Under the pieces are notes generated by a model. That model made no database searches and was not told the DNA's origin. It worked only from the letters and a program-made list of their open reading frames with translations. DNA of 64,000 bases from Oopsacas minuta (Eukaryota; Animalia; Porifera), in contig JAKMXF010000302.1 in NCBI GenBank assembly GCA_024704765.1, forward strand, positions 397,114 to 461,113, given 5' to 3'. The stretch's first letter is position 1. The number at the start of each line of letters is the position of its first letter. This document shows, piece by piece, positions 26,840 to 39,518 of the stretch. Both the position numbers and the translations under genes were made by a program.

Positions 26840-27343
26840 TATAGAAGTCTAACATAACTTTTCTATAATATTTAATCAAGCTTAAAACATTTAATTATTC
26901 CATTTTACAGGAACCTATTTATTGAAACCCCAAATAACAGAGCTCAAAGATTGAATATAAATCCCTACAAAATACAGTCAGGGTCCAAACCAGTAGCCCC
27001 AATGAAATCATTCCCATAGGATTTGTATTAATTAAGTTAGCTGAATATTAAGTTTTAGTCCCGTGGTCCACAATGTGCGATCTACCTGTACACTGTATAG
27101 GTATTTGAATGCAAATAATGCAATACAGTTCTAGAAAATATAAAATGTAATTATAGTCTATCCATACCGTAATAATTGACACCAACAAGATTAGAAGTGA
27201 AGATTAAATTTTAGTAACTAACAGAATATTATTTGGTATGTGTTTAGGTATGTAATTCTACGTGTTATATGTAGTGTAAAGGGATTACTCTACGTAATAG
27301 CTGGAGATATCGGTACTAGTTCATTAGTCTATTGATGCTGAAA

Positions 27344-30300
27344 TCATTGTCTAGGACTTTGGTACAAATATTGTCCCCTAAACACTCCACCGGGAACTCC
27401 ACGTTCCATTCTCTCCCTCCGTAATTCATCTAGTGCTCGGGCGCGAATGAACGGCGATACTATAGGTCTACGTGGATCTAAGTCTCCCACACGAAGCGGT
27501 GATCTCTCTCTAATGTTATCAATAGTTGTAGTAGGGGGAAGTGTTAGTCTAGCTCTCGCACGGAGTAATTCACGTTCTCGTTCTAAAGCAAACAGCTGCC
27601 TTTCTCTAAGAGATGGCGGGGGTTCTCTTCGAGGGATTTCTTCTCTTTCTCTTATCAATCGCTCTCTGCTAATTATAGCAGCAGGTTCTTTATCCCGATG
27701 CAAATCATCTCTGGAATGAGCTCTGCGAGTCCACTCACGGGATCGGGATCTCCTCCTACGCCCTTTCCCCTCCCGCTCTCTTGACCTGGTTCTAGACCTC
27801 CGCTTGCTCTTTTCACTCTTCTCTATACCCTTAGTAGGAGTTGTGTTGTGTAGCTTCTCCTGCATGGCTAATAATTTCTCGCGTTGAAGATGTTTTGGTG
27901 GGAACTTAGCCAACTTATCTTCTTCACTTTGTGATAAGGCATTACTTTTTATTCGCGGGCTAGTTGTATCAACCGGGGGAGGAACCGGAGGATCCTTCAT
28001 TGGTGTGGATTCATTGTTATTTACTACCTCTTGTACAACTTGTGGATAAATCTCATCATTAGGGAGTTCAGGTTGTGTATCAGTAATATTATTATCTGTG
28101 TTTCCATTGGATATTTCTTGCTGTGATTTGTCTGGGGTTTGTTGCTGCTTGTTACAATTTGATTCTTCATTCTTGCCGGAATCTTTGCTTCTAGAAAATC
28201 GAGATCTTCTCCTTGGGCGTCTCTCTTTCCTAGATCCGATAGATTCATCATCTTTGACAACACTAGACTTGTCATCATCTCTAGGTCTGGGTCTAGGAGA
28301 TTTCCGTATTCTGTCTCTCTTTCTTATTCTCAGAGTAGACCTTGTTCTGGAAATCGGCTCGAATGAAGGTTTAGGTGGAGATTCCATAGTTCTATATAGT
28401 TTCAATGGAACTCCCAATGCATTTGAATCCGGGGGGAAATCTCTCTTCAATCTAACTCTGTCACGATCCAGCAGAGACGGTCTAATTCCAATCCCGATTG
28501 GTGAACCTCTGCCTCGAAATGTGCCGAGATCTCTACGTGCAAGGTCTAGATGATGTGAAATAGCAGTTCTTAAGGGTAGCCGTCTACGCAAGTAGGGAGG
28601 TAAGGCTCTACTTTCTAATCGAGCTTGTTCAATGAATTCTGCATCTGACAATCTAAAGTCTCTACGTGCACGTTCTAAATCCCAAGAAAGCATTTCCTGT
28701 TCTCTCTCTTTCTCTTCTCGTTCTAATCTGAAATCTCTACCTGTCAAATTCCTGTCAAACTTCTTGTCAAGAATACGTCTGTCATTGCTGGCCCACTTGT
28801 CTTCATCTCTGAGTTGCTCAAATGGTTGTTTCCAATCCCTTCCTTCTTCATTAGAATTATGCTGGTAAGGATAAACATCGCGCTTTTTCTCCTCTTCATC
28901 GTGACGTAATGGTTGTTTATCAAGATAATCCCTTTCGAAATACCTATCACCTTGTCGTGCTGTGGGATATTGATCTCTCTGTAGCCGGTGTTCATTGTAT
29001 TCATTAACATGCTCGTTTGGCTGAGAATATTCGTGTGCGAGCCGCCTATAGCCTTCTGACTGCTCATGATGCTGTCTGTGTTCTGGTAAATGTTGAGTAA
29101 CTTGTAGTTGTGGGTGTAGAGGGAGTCTATGTTCAGGAGATGTATGTTCTGGGGGGATTTGATAGGGAGTGAAGTTGTCGTGTTTTTGCATTCGAGCGTA
29201 ATCTTCTTGCTGGCGATACTGGTTATTTTGATTAGGTGGATAACGAACATACTCATGGGCGTGTGCACTATCATGAGGGATTTCGGGTGTTTGAGTGTGA
29301 GAGGGAGTCGGCCACTGTTGCTGGGGGTATCCTTCATAACCAATTGGTTGGCCTGCAGGCTGATTTTGCGGACCGACTAACATTTCCTTTTGTTTCTGTT
29401 TGTAATGTGCATCTCTGGCATCTTGTGACCAATATTCTGCAGTATTGTGGGAGTATGCTTGAACTTCATGTGATTGATAGGCTTGTCCAGGTACTTGTTG
29501 TTGCCCTTGTTGAAATTGATGCTCGCTCTGTTGGACCGGTTCCTGATTATAGTATGGAATCTGGAACTGTTCTGTGTTTTGAGTTTGATTAGCTGGAGGG
29601 TGAAAAGGGTGTTGACCCTGAGGTTGTTGTCTTAAGGCTTGCAAATCTGAGTGATCTCCCTCTCCTTTTCTCTCAGCACCTGGGTAGCCAATGTAACCTG
29701 AATGAGGGTTGTTATAGCCAAATTGATCTTGGAGCTTAATCCCAAAATCAGGATGCAATTTTTGTGTACCTTCAGGCGTAATTTGGCCATCTTTGATAGG
29801 TTTCTTGAAATGTAGGTTAGACAGTGCATCTTCAATGATGGGATCATCCATTGATTTCTTTAATATTTCACCAAGTCCAGGGAATATGTGATCGCCAGCT
29901 GTACTGCTCAGACCAAAGTTAAAAGAGACCTCTCGCTCTGCCTTATCATATGGAATCATATAAGATTCCTTGATTGCATCAGATGTATCGCTCTCTGAAA
30001 TCGGCTTGTATAGTCCGCTAGGGTTGAATAGCTTTGAAGTTATGTCGCTGCTAGAGCCAGTACCTGGTTCAGTTTTAGAACTACTCGAAGAGAAAGGTAG
30101 ATCAGTTTTAGAATGAATCGATGAGAAGGGAAGAGGGGCACTTGGATTAGTCAAAGAACTTATGTCTTGTTTGGACGGATTCGTCTTTTGATCACTGCCC
30201 CTAAAACATAATAATAATAAACATACAAATTCGATATTATAAAAGTTTTCGCATACCTCAATTCTCCTAGTATCAATGTATCGACTTCACTGCTGCTTCT

Positions 30301-33300
30301 TTTCGCAGCAGCTGTACTAAGTGGTGAATCACTAGGTTTGTTCGTAACTATCATAGCAAGTAGTGTATCGGTCTTTAGTGTAGGTACACCTGGACCCTGT
30401 AATGTGGTCAGTAAGGAGGGAATAGTGTCACCTTTAGTGAATGGCAATAGATACAAGTCTCTGACGGTTGCAGTACAACCACCTGCTACTCCACATCGCT
30501 GACGTTTGTGAAAATAATTGAAGAGAGTTGTAAAACTTATTTCTTCGTCACGAGATTTAGGCACCAGTCGCAGAACTACAAGTCCTTTCGTTGTGGATGA
30601 GACTATCTTCTTCAAATAGTCCCAAACCATTGTGTAGACTATCCTTCCATGGACCTAGAACAAAATTCAAAAAACATCAAGTCGCTTCCACTTAACTATA
30701 ACCGGTTAATATATAGCGTGGCCATACCTGAACATTTTGTGGCAGAATTTTTTCCATATCCGGTATGTATGGTCCATAAGCTAGATATCCGTTGGTAACA
30801 CATTTGGCTAGATTGGGCATACTTATGCTACCCCTCCAAACTATCTTGTCAATTTCTGATTGTTCATCACTGTCAGAAAGGGTTGGTGAGAATTTGGGCG
30901 GAGGAATGTCTATTTCTGTTGTCATGAGTGGAGTCACAGGAATGTCATTAGATTTACTTGATTGAGATTGGATATGTTTACTCGAATAAGCTGTTTGTTT
31001 GTTCTTTTCATCAAGCACGTACTTGTTTGAATTCTATCAATAAGAATGGAAAGTATGATATATACTACACACTACTAATCATAAACTAAGCCATGCTATA
31101 TTTTTAAATGGAAAGTCGAAAATGTATAGTAATGGGTCTGAGCCACTAGAAAAGTTTGCATATATAATCTGTAGTCCGTCTTCTTTGAATAAGTTTGCTC
31201 AATTGTTTGTTGTTGGTTTACAAAGTAATAATGTTGATCTGTTTTACTATGTGAACATTTTATGTATTTATTAGTATTTTAAAACTTAAACAACATAAGA
31301 ACTAATACTCGTTTAATCTTGAGCAAAACATCTTTCGTTATATGATGGGCGTGTAAAGCACACAGTTAGTTGCATTAGTCTTTTACAAGGATGATGTTAT
31401 ATGCTCCACATTTGAAATGTTTATACTTAATTTATGCAATAAATATGCTAGTTGTAGTGGCATAGCTGCGCCCAGGTGGAGGCTTGATCTGATATTTTAT
31501 AACTACTGGTTAGTTGGCCACACTCGAATCAAGAAGACCAACTAACATAACATCTGAGAAGATTATTCTTGCAGGCGTAATATTAGTTTGCGTATTGAGT
31601 CCTCTTTTAAAGCATTTCAATAGACAATTAATCATGGAGTGAATGAAGGAAACTCCTTAGATATTAGCATATGGATACATTAGTAGTGGGCTAACCCTAA
31701 TGATCTCAAGTCCTTGTACACAAGGATTAGTTTATTTGTAATTTTATTATTGTGATTTATGAACCGCTAGGATACAGCTTCACAGTACAATCACAAATTC
31801 GATAAAGATGTTGGCAAATCAGATTTTGGGTGTTTTATAAATGCGTACAGTCGAAATCGTTTTTTGCTTCTTTTCTCGTGCATTTTACGGGGCAAAAAAA
31901 CCCGATTTCGACTGTATTAATATTAACGCATTTGCAAGAAATTCATTCTTGCCATAACTGAAAGTCTCGAATTCTTCTAAGTAACATTTTTCGAATTCCT
32001 CGGTAAAAAGTTGTGTGGGGTTCAATTTTCATTTAAGGCTTAGGGCTTTGTTTGGCTAGCATGGCCCCTTGACGGAGATCCGATGGATTTCTACAAAGGA
32101 ATAATTACTAAAGCAAATTGTCTAGTAAAAGTCCTATTATTATGAAGTTCCATACTTCCAGTCTTCTACACTTGGGTTGTGCTTATACAGCATTTTTCTC
32201 GAATATTGAAGGATACTAGTAGTAGATATTGGAACAAAATATATAGCAATGCTATTAGTTGCCTATTAGGTCATTTAATGATTTATTACCCTCTCTACCC
32301 GAAATAAACCAAAAATTTTCATTCGAGAAATGCCAATAAAGTGCTCAGCTAGTTACAAAACTCTGGACAGCTACTAACAATGACTCATGAACAATAGTTC
32401 TCAACACCAGGGATAGTTTATTTTAGGTTTGCAAAGACCTCTTCCTTTACCTCAGTGTTATACATCTCATCTCTGATTAAAACTGATACAATCTGCTCCT
32501 TTACACCAAAATTTATTACCAAGTAATTAAGATAAATATTATTATGTCGAAAGAACTGTTGTGTGGTGTTGAAGATTAAGAGATCACAATTATACAAATA
32601 TAACACCTCCCCTCAGCTCTAAATTATACTATTTTATATTTTAGCAAATGAATTAAATAATGCTATCACCTGAGTCTTTGGTTGATTGTGCACATTCTTT
32701 CTGGCCATTTCTCCACTACTATAGTCAACACTACTTTGTTTATCATGTGTTTTACTACGAGTAGTTGAAATATCAGTTTTAGAATTATTTTTTGATTCTT
32801 TAGCACTGTTAGAACTTTCTGACACCAGTACTTCCGTAGACATTTGTACCAAATTCTCTGGTAGGATCTCTCCCGAGACCACCCTTCGATACAGACTAAC
32901 GTTTTTAGGATCTCTCAAACTGAAACTTAAACTCCTGTATCTGGATAGAGGGGAAGAAGTATAAACAGAAGTATTACCCCTTGTAAGGGGTAACTATTGG
33001 AATCTGCAACATCTCAATCTTACGATTGATAATCATCTTTACTAGAAATGTATTAATAGATACAGTTGTACTGTATATTACCTCATTTTTAGTATTATAA
33101 CTTTTAATGATTACAATATACAGCAGAACTCGGATAACGTACACCCTCGGAAAACGAAAATTAGATTATCCGTTTAGGAAAAGATGTTACATACTAACCG
33201 AGTTCTACTGTACTGACTTTACATTTATTGATTGTTCAGAAATTATTTCAGTAGAATACATTTTTAGACTGAATATTCCGTAATTTTATTTATCAATATT

Positions 33301-36300
33301 AATTGCCAAATATTTTATCGCATCGGAAAATTACTCAATTTGTTCGCAGTCCACACAGGTAATTTTAAAATTTAGTAAGATCTTGCCCTATAACGTAATT
33401 AATTATATTAATAATAGTTGAAGATAAGAGTTTGAATACCCTTTATAACTTCTACTGCATCATTTATTATTACAATAATTATACAATTATAATGAATTAG
33501 CTTGCAACTATTTTCACAGATCATATCTCCCTCTATACAATTATTTGGTTTTATTCGTTATTGGACTTTCTAGACGTAGAATCGATTAGCAAAAGATATG
33601 GGTGTAGAAGTCTCAAAGGGTAACTAGATTCTGACTTTAAGAACAATCTGATACTTTTAGCATGTGAATGAATAATCATATTAGTTTGTTATAAATATAA
33701 CTGGCTGGTGGGATATGTTGAAAGGGTTGTTGCAGCATCAGAGCATCAGGAAGCAAATAGATGCCGTTACTAGCATAGGACAATTATAGACCTGTATGGC
33801 ATTGGGTTTATAGATAGTTAGAACCTTTCAATTACGAGTTAAGTTAGCGTGTATAGCGTATAATACACAAGGTAGAAGGTAGCAAGTTGAAAGTCTTGTT
33901 GAGAATGTTATATCCCTTGTACAAATATTCGATCTACTTATCAAATTTTTGGGATGAATAGCCAAAGTGTACTGTTCTCGAAAAAAGAAGAGGTAATAAG
34001 CTAGACTAAAGAACTCAAGTTTCCAGCAGTTGTATTCACTCAATGGGAATGATTGTATTACTAGTACATTTAGCTTTTATGTGGCTTCTATGACAATAAT
34101 GTAGATGAATTTGTACAGAATATTTGTATTGGAATACCGACAATTCGCAAATCTTCAAGGAAATGATATTGTTGGTTGGTTGTACATTTTATTAAACTGT
34201 CATTTGTTCAAATAATAGCTTGTGTGACACTTGTACTTCAACCTATTTGTAAATGATGAAATTAAACTTCTTTCCCAAATCATGTGGATATATTTAACTG
34301 AGATTCAGTTCAATTTATCAGAACATTTGAAGAAATTTACTGCTCCGTGAATGTCTGTGTTTTTGACCATCATATTGAACCGATCTTTCATTTACAAACC
34401 CTCCCTCACTCACCATTGTTGTAGATAGATAAATGAATCTTCAATGTTCTTCCAATAATATTGATTTGCTCTTTCTTCAGTGTATTTAAGTTTTCATTAG
34501 TTAAGGAATTTTAGATAAATAATTAATTGCTTTTTAGCAGAATTATGTCAATGAATTAATTTCTTAACATCTTAATTATTTCTATTAGTGAGTTTATGAA
34601 TAATTAAATTCTGATACGTTATTATTACTTAATAGAAAACGTATATTATTTGAAGAATGAATCGTTAGATATAATTACAGATGGTAAAAAAATGGGAACG
34701 AGTTGGACCATTGGTGTACATATGACATTAACATCAGAACATAGCCTAGGCCCTAGAGGTTACTAACAATTCACTATTTATTTGCTTAAAACAAACATAC
34801 GTATACGGTATTTCTGACTGATAAATTCATACAACTAAGCTATTGTATCCAAATGCCTTTACGTGAGATGTAATTGAAAATATACGAATATATACTCTAA
34901 GTCTAATATGGTAAAGTAATTCGGAAGAATAATTCGTGACTCGTATAACAGACTTTGCTGAATTGCTGCTATACTTTATTAATTCGTATTCGTAATATAA
35001 TAATAATAAACTATTATCTCATTTTATACTCCTTACATAGAGATTTTAGAACTACCTATTCTTGTAGCGAGTGGAAATGCCACGGTCAATAGCGAACAAC
35101 TGAATCTCTATCTGACTAGCAACTTTAGGAATCGAATCAGAATACTTGGTGTATTCTGATGAACTCTCTACACGAGATAAGAGAATGTCAGTTAATTGTT
35201 TGCGTGCTTTTCCTCTAACAATCTCTTCGTGGTTAGAAATTGGAGTCTCTAGTTTAATATCATATTTACTGGTCGTAGCAGAAAGGTCTTGAGATGGCCT
35301 AATAATGAACAGAAAATAAACGCATAATTGGCTAGTATGCTGGTTTGTATTATAAAGTAATAATATAGAGAAATGCAAAATTTCGAAAAATTGAAATGTG
35401 GTATGATTTCGTTCATTTTTCATCGCCCATAAACTCACAAAAATAATTTGATAGAGCGTATTTGCCCTATGACTTACCTGGGCTGAGGTTTGATAGGTAC
35501 ATGAGTTGAATGAGCTTTCAGCCAAGCAGCGAGACCACCGAGTGTAGGAGCAGATACGCCAGTTAGAATCTTCATGTTTGATTTATCAAGCAGTGTTACG
35601 CGCTCAGAATCAGCTGATGGGAGACCTTTGATTTGATAGAACGACTTGAGATTATTGACTGTCACTTCAATACAGGCGTTTGAACAGAAATGATTGTTCT
35701 GGTTAGTTAGTCTCTTCTGACAAGATTTGAGGTAACAACGTTTTCCTATTACATTACAAATAATACACATTTATAGGTAATATTATAATATGAATATTAT
35801 GAACACCTTCTTTGACTGGAACAGATTTTTTAGGTATTTTCAAAATCGGAATCTTTGCATCTAACCTATGTTGACTGCGTGTTGCAATATGAGATTTAGG
35901 TTCTTTGTGTATTTGAGATCTACGTAGAATTGAGTAAAATAAATCCATTCCACACACAATTTGTATTATTATTGCTTACCTATTCGTTGCACCAGCACTC
36001 TCATTACAAACAGGACATAACCAAATATGTCTCTCTCTAGACATCTCTTCTCCTTGTTCCTGACTGATACCCACACACTCACAGTGAAACCATTTATCGC
36101 ATTTATCACATATTAATATAAACCTAAACAAACACACATATAGAATACAAACGTATAATAGTTTTGTTCAAATTCTATATTACCTATTTTCTTGAGGCTG
36201 ATTGCATATACAGTCTAGGATATTGTTCCCTTTCGCTTCTTTCTTTATATTAGGGTTAGATAGTTTTAATGTTTTAGTTTGTGTTGGTCCAGAGAAAGGC

Positions 36301-36744
36301 GGTAATAACTTGTTCCTCTTTGGGGAGAGCATTTCTTCGTTGCTGGGGAAGATCTCCATGTCAGGACTGTTGAGCTCTAGAATTTGGTCCGGTGCGAAAG
36401 ATTGGGCGGCTAGACCTCCGCCTGTGTTCCCGAAGTCTACCATTAGATCAGAGAAGAGTGAGGAGTCCGGGAGATTTTCCTGTACTGAGGATTCGTGATC
36501 ATCATAATGAAGATTCCAATCAAGCAGGAACGTTCCCTGACAGAGAAATATGAATTACATATAACAATATATTTTAGCTTATTAGCTAAGCCTACTCTAC
36601 CTTTGAATCAGTACTCCCCAATTCAGAATCCTCTCCCGCCGCTTGACTAGCAGGGTTAGCAGTAGAAGGGTTGTGTAGAAAGTCGTCTGCATCTGGAAGA
36701 CCAAGATCAGGACCAGTGTAAAATGGAGGATTCGATCTGCTCAT
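27344..36744 (-). CDS. DIDO1: DIDO1/PHF3-like protein (PHD finger, TFIIS-M, SPOC, long low-complexity C-terminus), multi-exon gene span
   Basis: PHD CICNQPQENRFILICDKCDKWFHCECVG..WLCPVC (about 35990-36220); TFIIS-M KYKNR|YRSLSFSLRDPKN; SPOC VWRGSISM..VWDYL..RDLYLLP; 2.9-kb last exon. ATG at 36744. Confidence 0.85.
31848..31914. mobile_element. Tc1/mariner (pogo/Tigger-type) mini-MITE in a DIDO1 intron
   Basis: Perfect 12-bp TIR CAGTCGAAATCG at both ends, flanked by TA on each side. Confidence 0.8.
33121..33210. mobile_element. Tc1/mariner (pogo/Tigger-type) MITE in a DIDO1 intron
   Basis: TIRs CAGCAGAACTCGG and CCGAGTTCTACTG (12/13 match), TA on both flanks. Confidence 0.8.
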
Positions 36745-37941
36745 TGAAATCTGCGTGAATGAATGTAGTTCGTCAAAATAAACTCTAATTCGCTAGTGAA
36801 TATACTTTGTATTAGAAAGTTATCAATAGTAAGAAGCAGTCCAAGAAAGGCTTCTAATAGAAATTGTGTATACTTAGATTCATACATACACAATAATATC
36901 CATTGTGTTTTGAGCTTAACAACCGAATACTATGGATGAAATCTTATTACAACATTTACATACAATGAATCATGAAAACTAAAGTAATTATACAATAACA
37001 TATTGACAGATGAGTGATGCCATTAGGGATCATGGAAATATCGTAGGATATATGTATTCTAGCTTCGATGATTTTGAAAATATTTATACTAAAATAATCA
37101 TTGCTATACCAAATGTTACTATACCCAGGGGTAATGGGATGTAACATTTGGAATTTCAACATTCTGAGAGTTAACATTGCATTTTTTGTGGAACTTCTAC
37201 AGTGGAACCTGCATAAACTAACACCTCTATAATCCGACAGTGCTTCTGATGTGAAATAGCTTCCAACAATGCAAATTCACCTACATACTCCGACAGAATA
37301 TCCCAACGAGTGTCGGTTATGCTGGTTCCACTGTATTTTTGCAACATATGTTTCTCTATATAATATTTATAGCAGAATATGTTGCTAAGAAAATGTAGCA
37401 ACTCCTTTAGTAACGTAAAATTTCTGGGAATTTTAATTACCTAAGGGTCCGTTAAAACATTACGTAATATTTTCATGAATTAAGCTTTATGTAACGTTAG
37501 ATTGGTTTTATGACCTTTGAGTTTACCCCAATACCTCTGAAACTCCCAGTATTTCCAGATTTAGCATTAACTATCATGTTAACCTAGATTTTGATAAGTA
37601 AAACAATTAGCACGAGCAAAATAGAACAAGGTAACTAAATCTACAAATCATACATCATTTCAAATTCAGCCTACATCATTACCAACAAAAATTATAATTG
37701 CTCTCTACGCTTTTACAGTACAACAGCTGGATAGTACAATTATTTCTAATAATGTTTTATTCATGATTCCATCACAAAATGTTTGTTGTCTACCTAGCTG
37801 AAATAATTCGGTAAAACATACTCCTACATTATTTGAATGTTTGTTAAGCTCTTTGAAAATATTTGCGACTAATAATTTATTCCAAGATTTATTTTCCTAA
37901 AATCAATAAACTATACTTTATAATGCAAATATTATTCTGCA

Positions 37942-39316
37942 GTGACGGATTTAGGGATAAACAATGTACGTAGTACATGTTGTAGTGAGAGTTTATTGTA
38001 TGCTCAATTTCCTGTATTAGCTAAGAATTCAATGGCTCTCAAAAATCTTCCTCATTCAATTCAGACCAGAAGAAAGATACCTAACATATATGCATACACA
38101 CGTTTAATGAGCCTTGAAAACACCAGCTCATTTCTGACAGATGCTATCAATCGCAAATTTGATATTGATTCAAAATTGGGCCTTCCAGAAAGTAGCTATA
38201 CTAAAAACTTTCGAGTTTCAAGCAGATTCTCCCAAGTTAGTGTTGAAATACTTGGAAATATACACAAAATAAAGACTATAGACTCATATATCAATCCAGG
38301 TACACAACTGATTTACTTATACATTAGTACTATCAACAGTCAAGGTTCTACCGTGATACACAGGTGAGTATACTTATATATGCATATAGTTAATCGCGAA
38401 ATCTAATACCGATTAAAAATGTAGGGTACAGTCTAAGTAGATATTACTTACAGTTCAGGAAATTTATTGATAAGTAGAGTTCATCTTAGAACCTTTTTGA
38501 CTAGCACAACTTGCAAATTGCATTAACAAACAAAAAGGTCAAAAGCGTTAGATAATTTTTGTACTTATTTACTAGTCTAGTCAGCGGGTGAGGCTTTAGA
38601 CAGCAGGAATTTTGGGAGTCACAATTTACAGCGAAATAAAACATAATTGTTAATTATTGTACTATATAGGATGAGGGGATCTCCCAAAGGACCATCATTT
38701 GAAAGATTAATGAATATGCAAAAAGGAGATCTCGTGCTAACACATGGAGAAGTCCATTATAAGAGGCAAAAACTCCAAGATAAATTACAATATATCTATG
38801 CTTCGTCATTAAGCATTTTCAGTGCATTTAAACTAAATAGATCGAGTTTGCATATAAGAAATACCTATTCCAGCGTAATGATGCTAGGAATGGTAATAGG
38901 TAAATATGTACCAATACAAGGAAGTAGCTATGTAGGACAGATCGATTTTTTTACCTGGAGGAAAAGAGACGACAACATATACAGAGTACAATATAACAGG
39001 TTCGTAGCAGATGACCCGGTTAATAGTTTTGGAACTTTTGGTCTCTCCATTGGGTAAACTATATTTAATGTTAATGGATTAATTACTCGTTATTTGTAGG
39101 ATTATGATACTGAGTAAGATTCTGGAAAGATCACCATTTCTTGAAAATGTGAATCCAGGAGATACTCTGATGGTTGACGGATCTCTAGACTACATAACTC
39201 ATCCAGAAGTAAGTGGGTTGATATTGGTCGTATCGGCTAAAGAAGTGATAAGATTAGCTAATGTAGGATCAAGATATAGAATTCCAGAAGAAAATGCTAG
39301 CAACATTTCTACGTAA
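37942..39316 (+). pseudogene. Decayed THAP plus DDE_Tnp_4 (PIF/Harbinger-like) transposase relic
   Basis: Fragment ERSPFLENVNPGDTLMVDG resembles the Harbinger motif SGFLD.LEPGD.VMADRGF. Upstream AINRK..KLGLP..RVSSRF resembles a degenerate THAP domain. The frame is broken into three pieces. Confidence 0.5.
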
Positions 39317-39518
39317 TGGAATGAATTAAAATATGATAGTAACAATAAAATTTTGCCTATTTCTATCTGCTAAAGTATAATTCAATTTAGTTGATGTTAT
39401 CGATTAAAGTTGATGATAAGCTATCTCCTACGAATCAGTGTGAAGTATAATTTAGAATTGTTTATGTCAATATTTACATATAATTGTATCTACAATATGT
39501 ATGTGTAGTACAAGAGCG

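Noticed and set aside
32057-32069. 13-nt match TAGCATGGCCCCT to U6 snRNA
   Set aside because: No ACAGAGA box upstream and no downstream U6 or U6atac continuation; most likely chance or a tiny remnant.
32974-32993. Perfect 9-bp stem hairpin TTACCCCTT-GT-AAGGGGTAA near a DIDO1 acceptor
   Set aside because: Single short palindrome with no second copy, TSD or Helitron-type terminus; not enough to interpret.
36956-37401. Two short minus-strand ORFs upstream of DIDO1 with a faint ankyrin-like segment
   Set aside because: No convincing motif, splice structure or start; cannot be supported as a gene.
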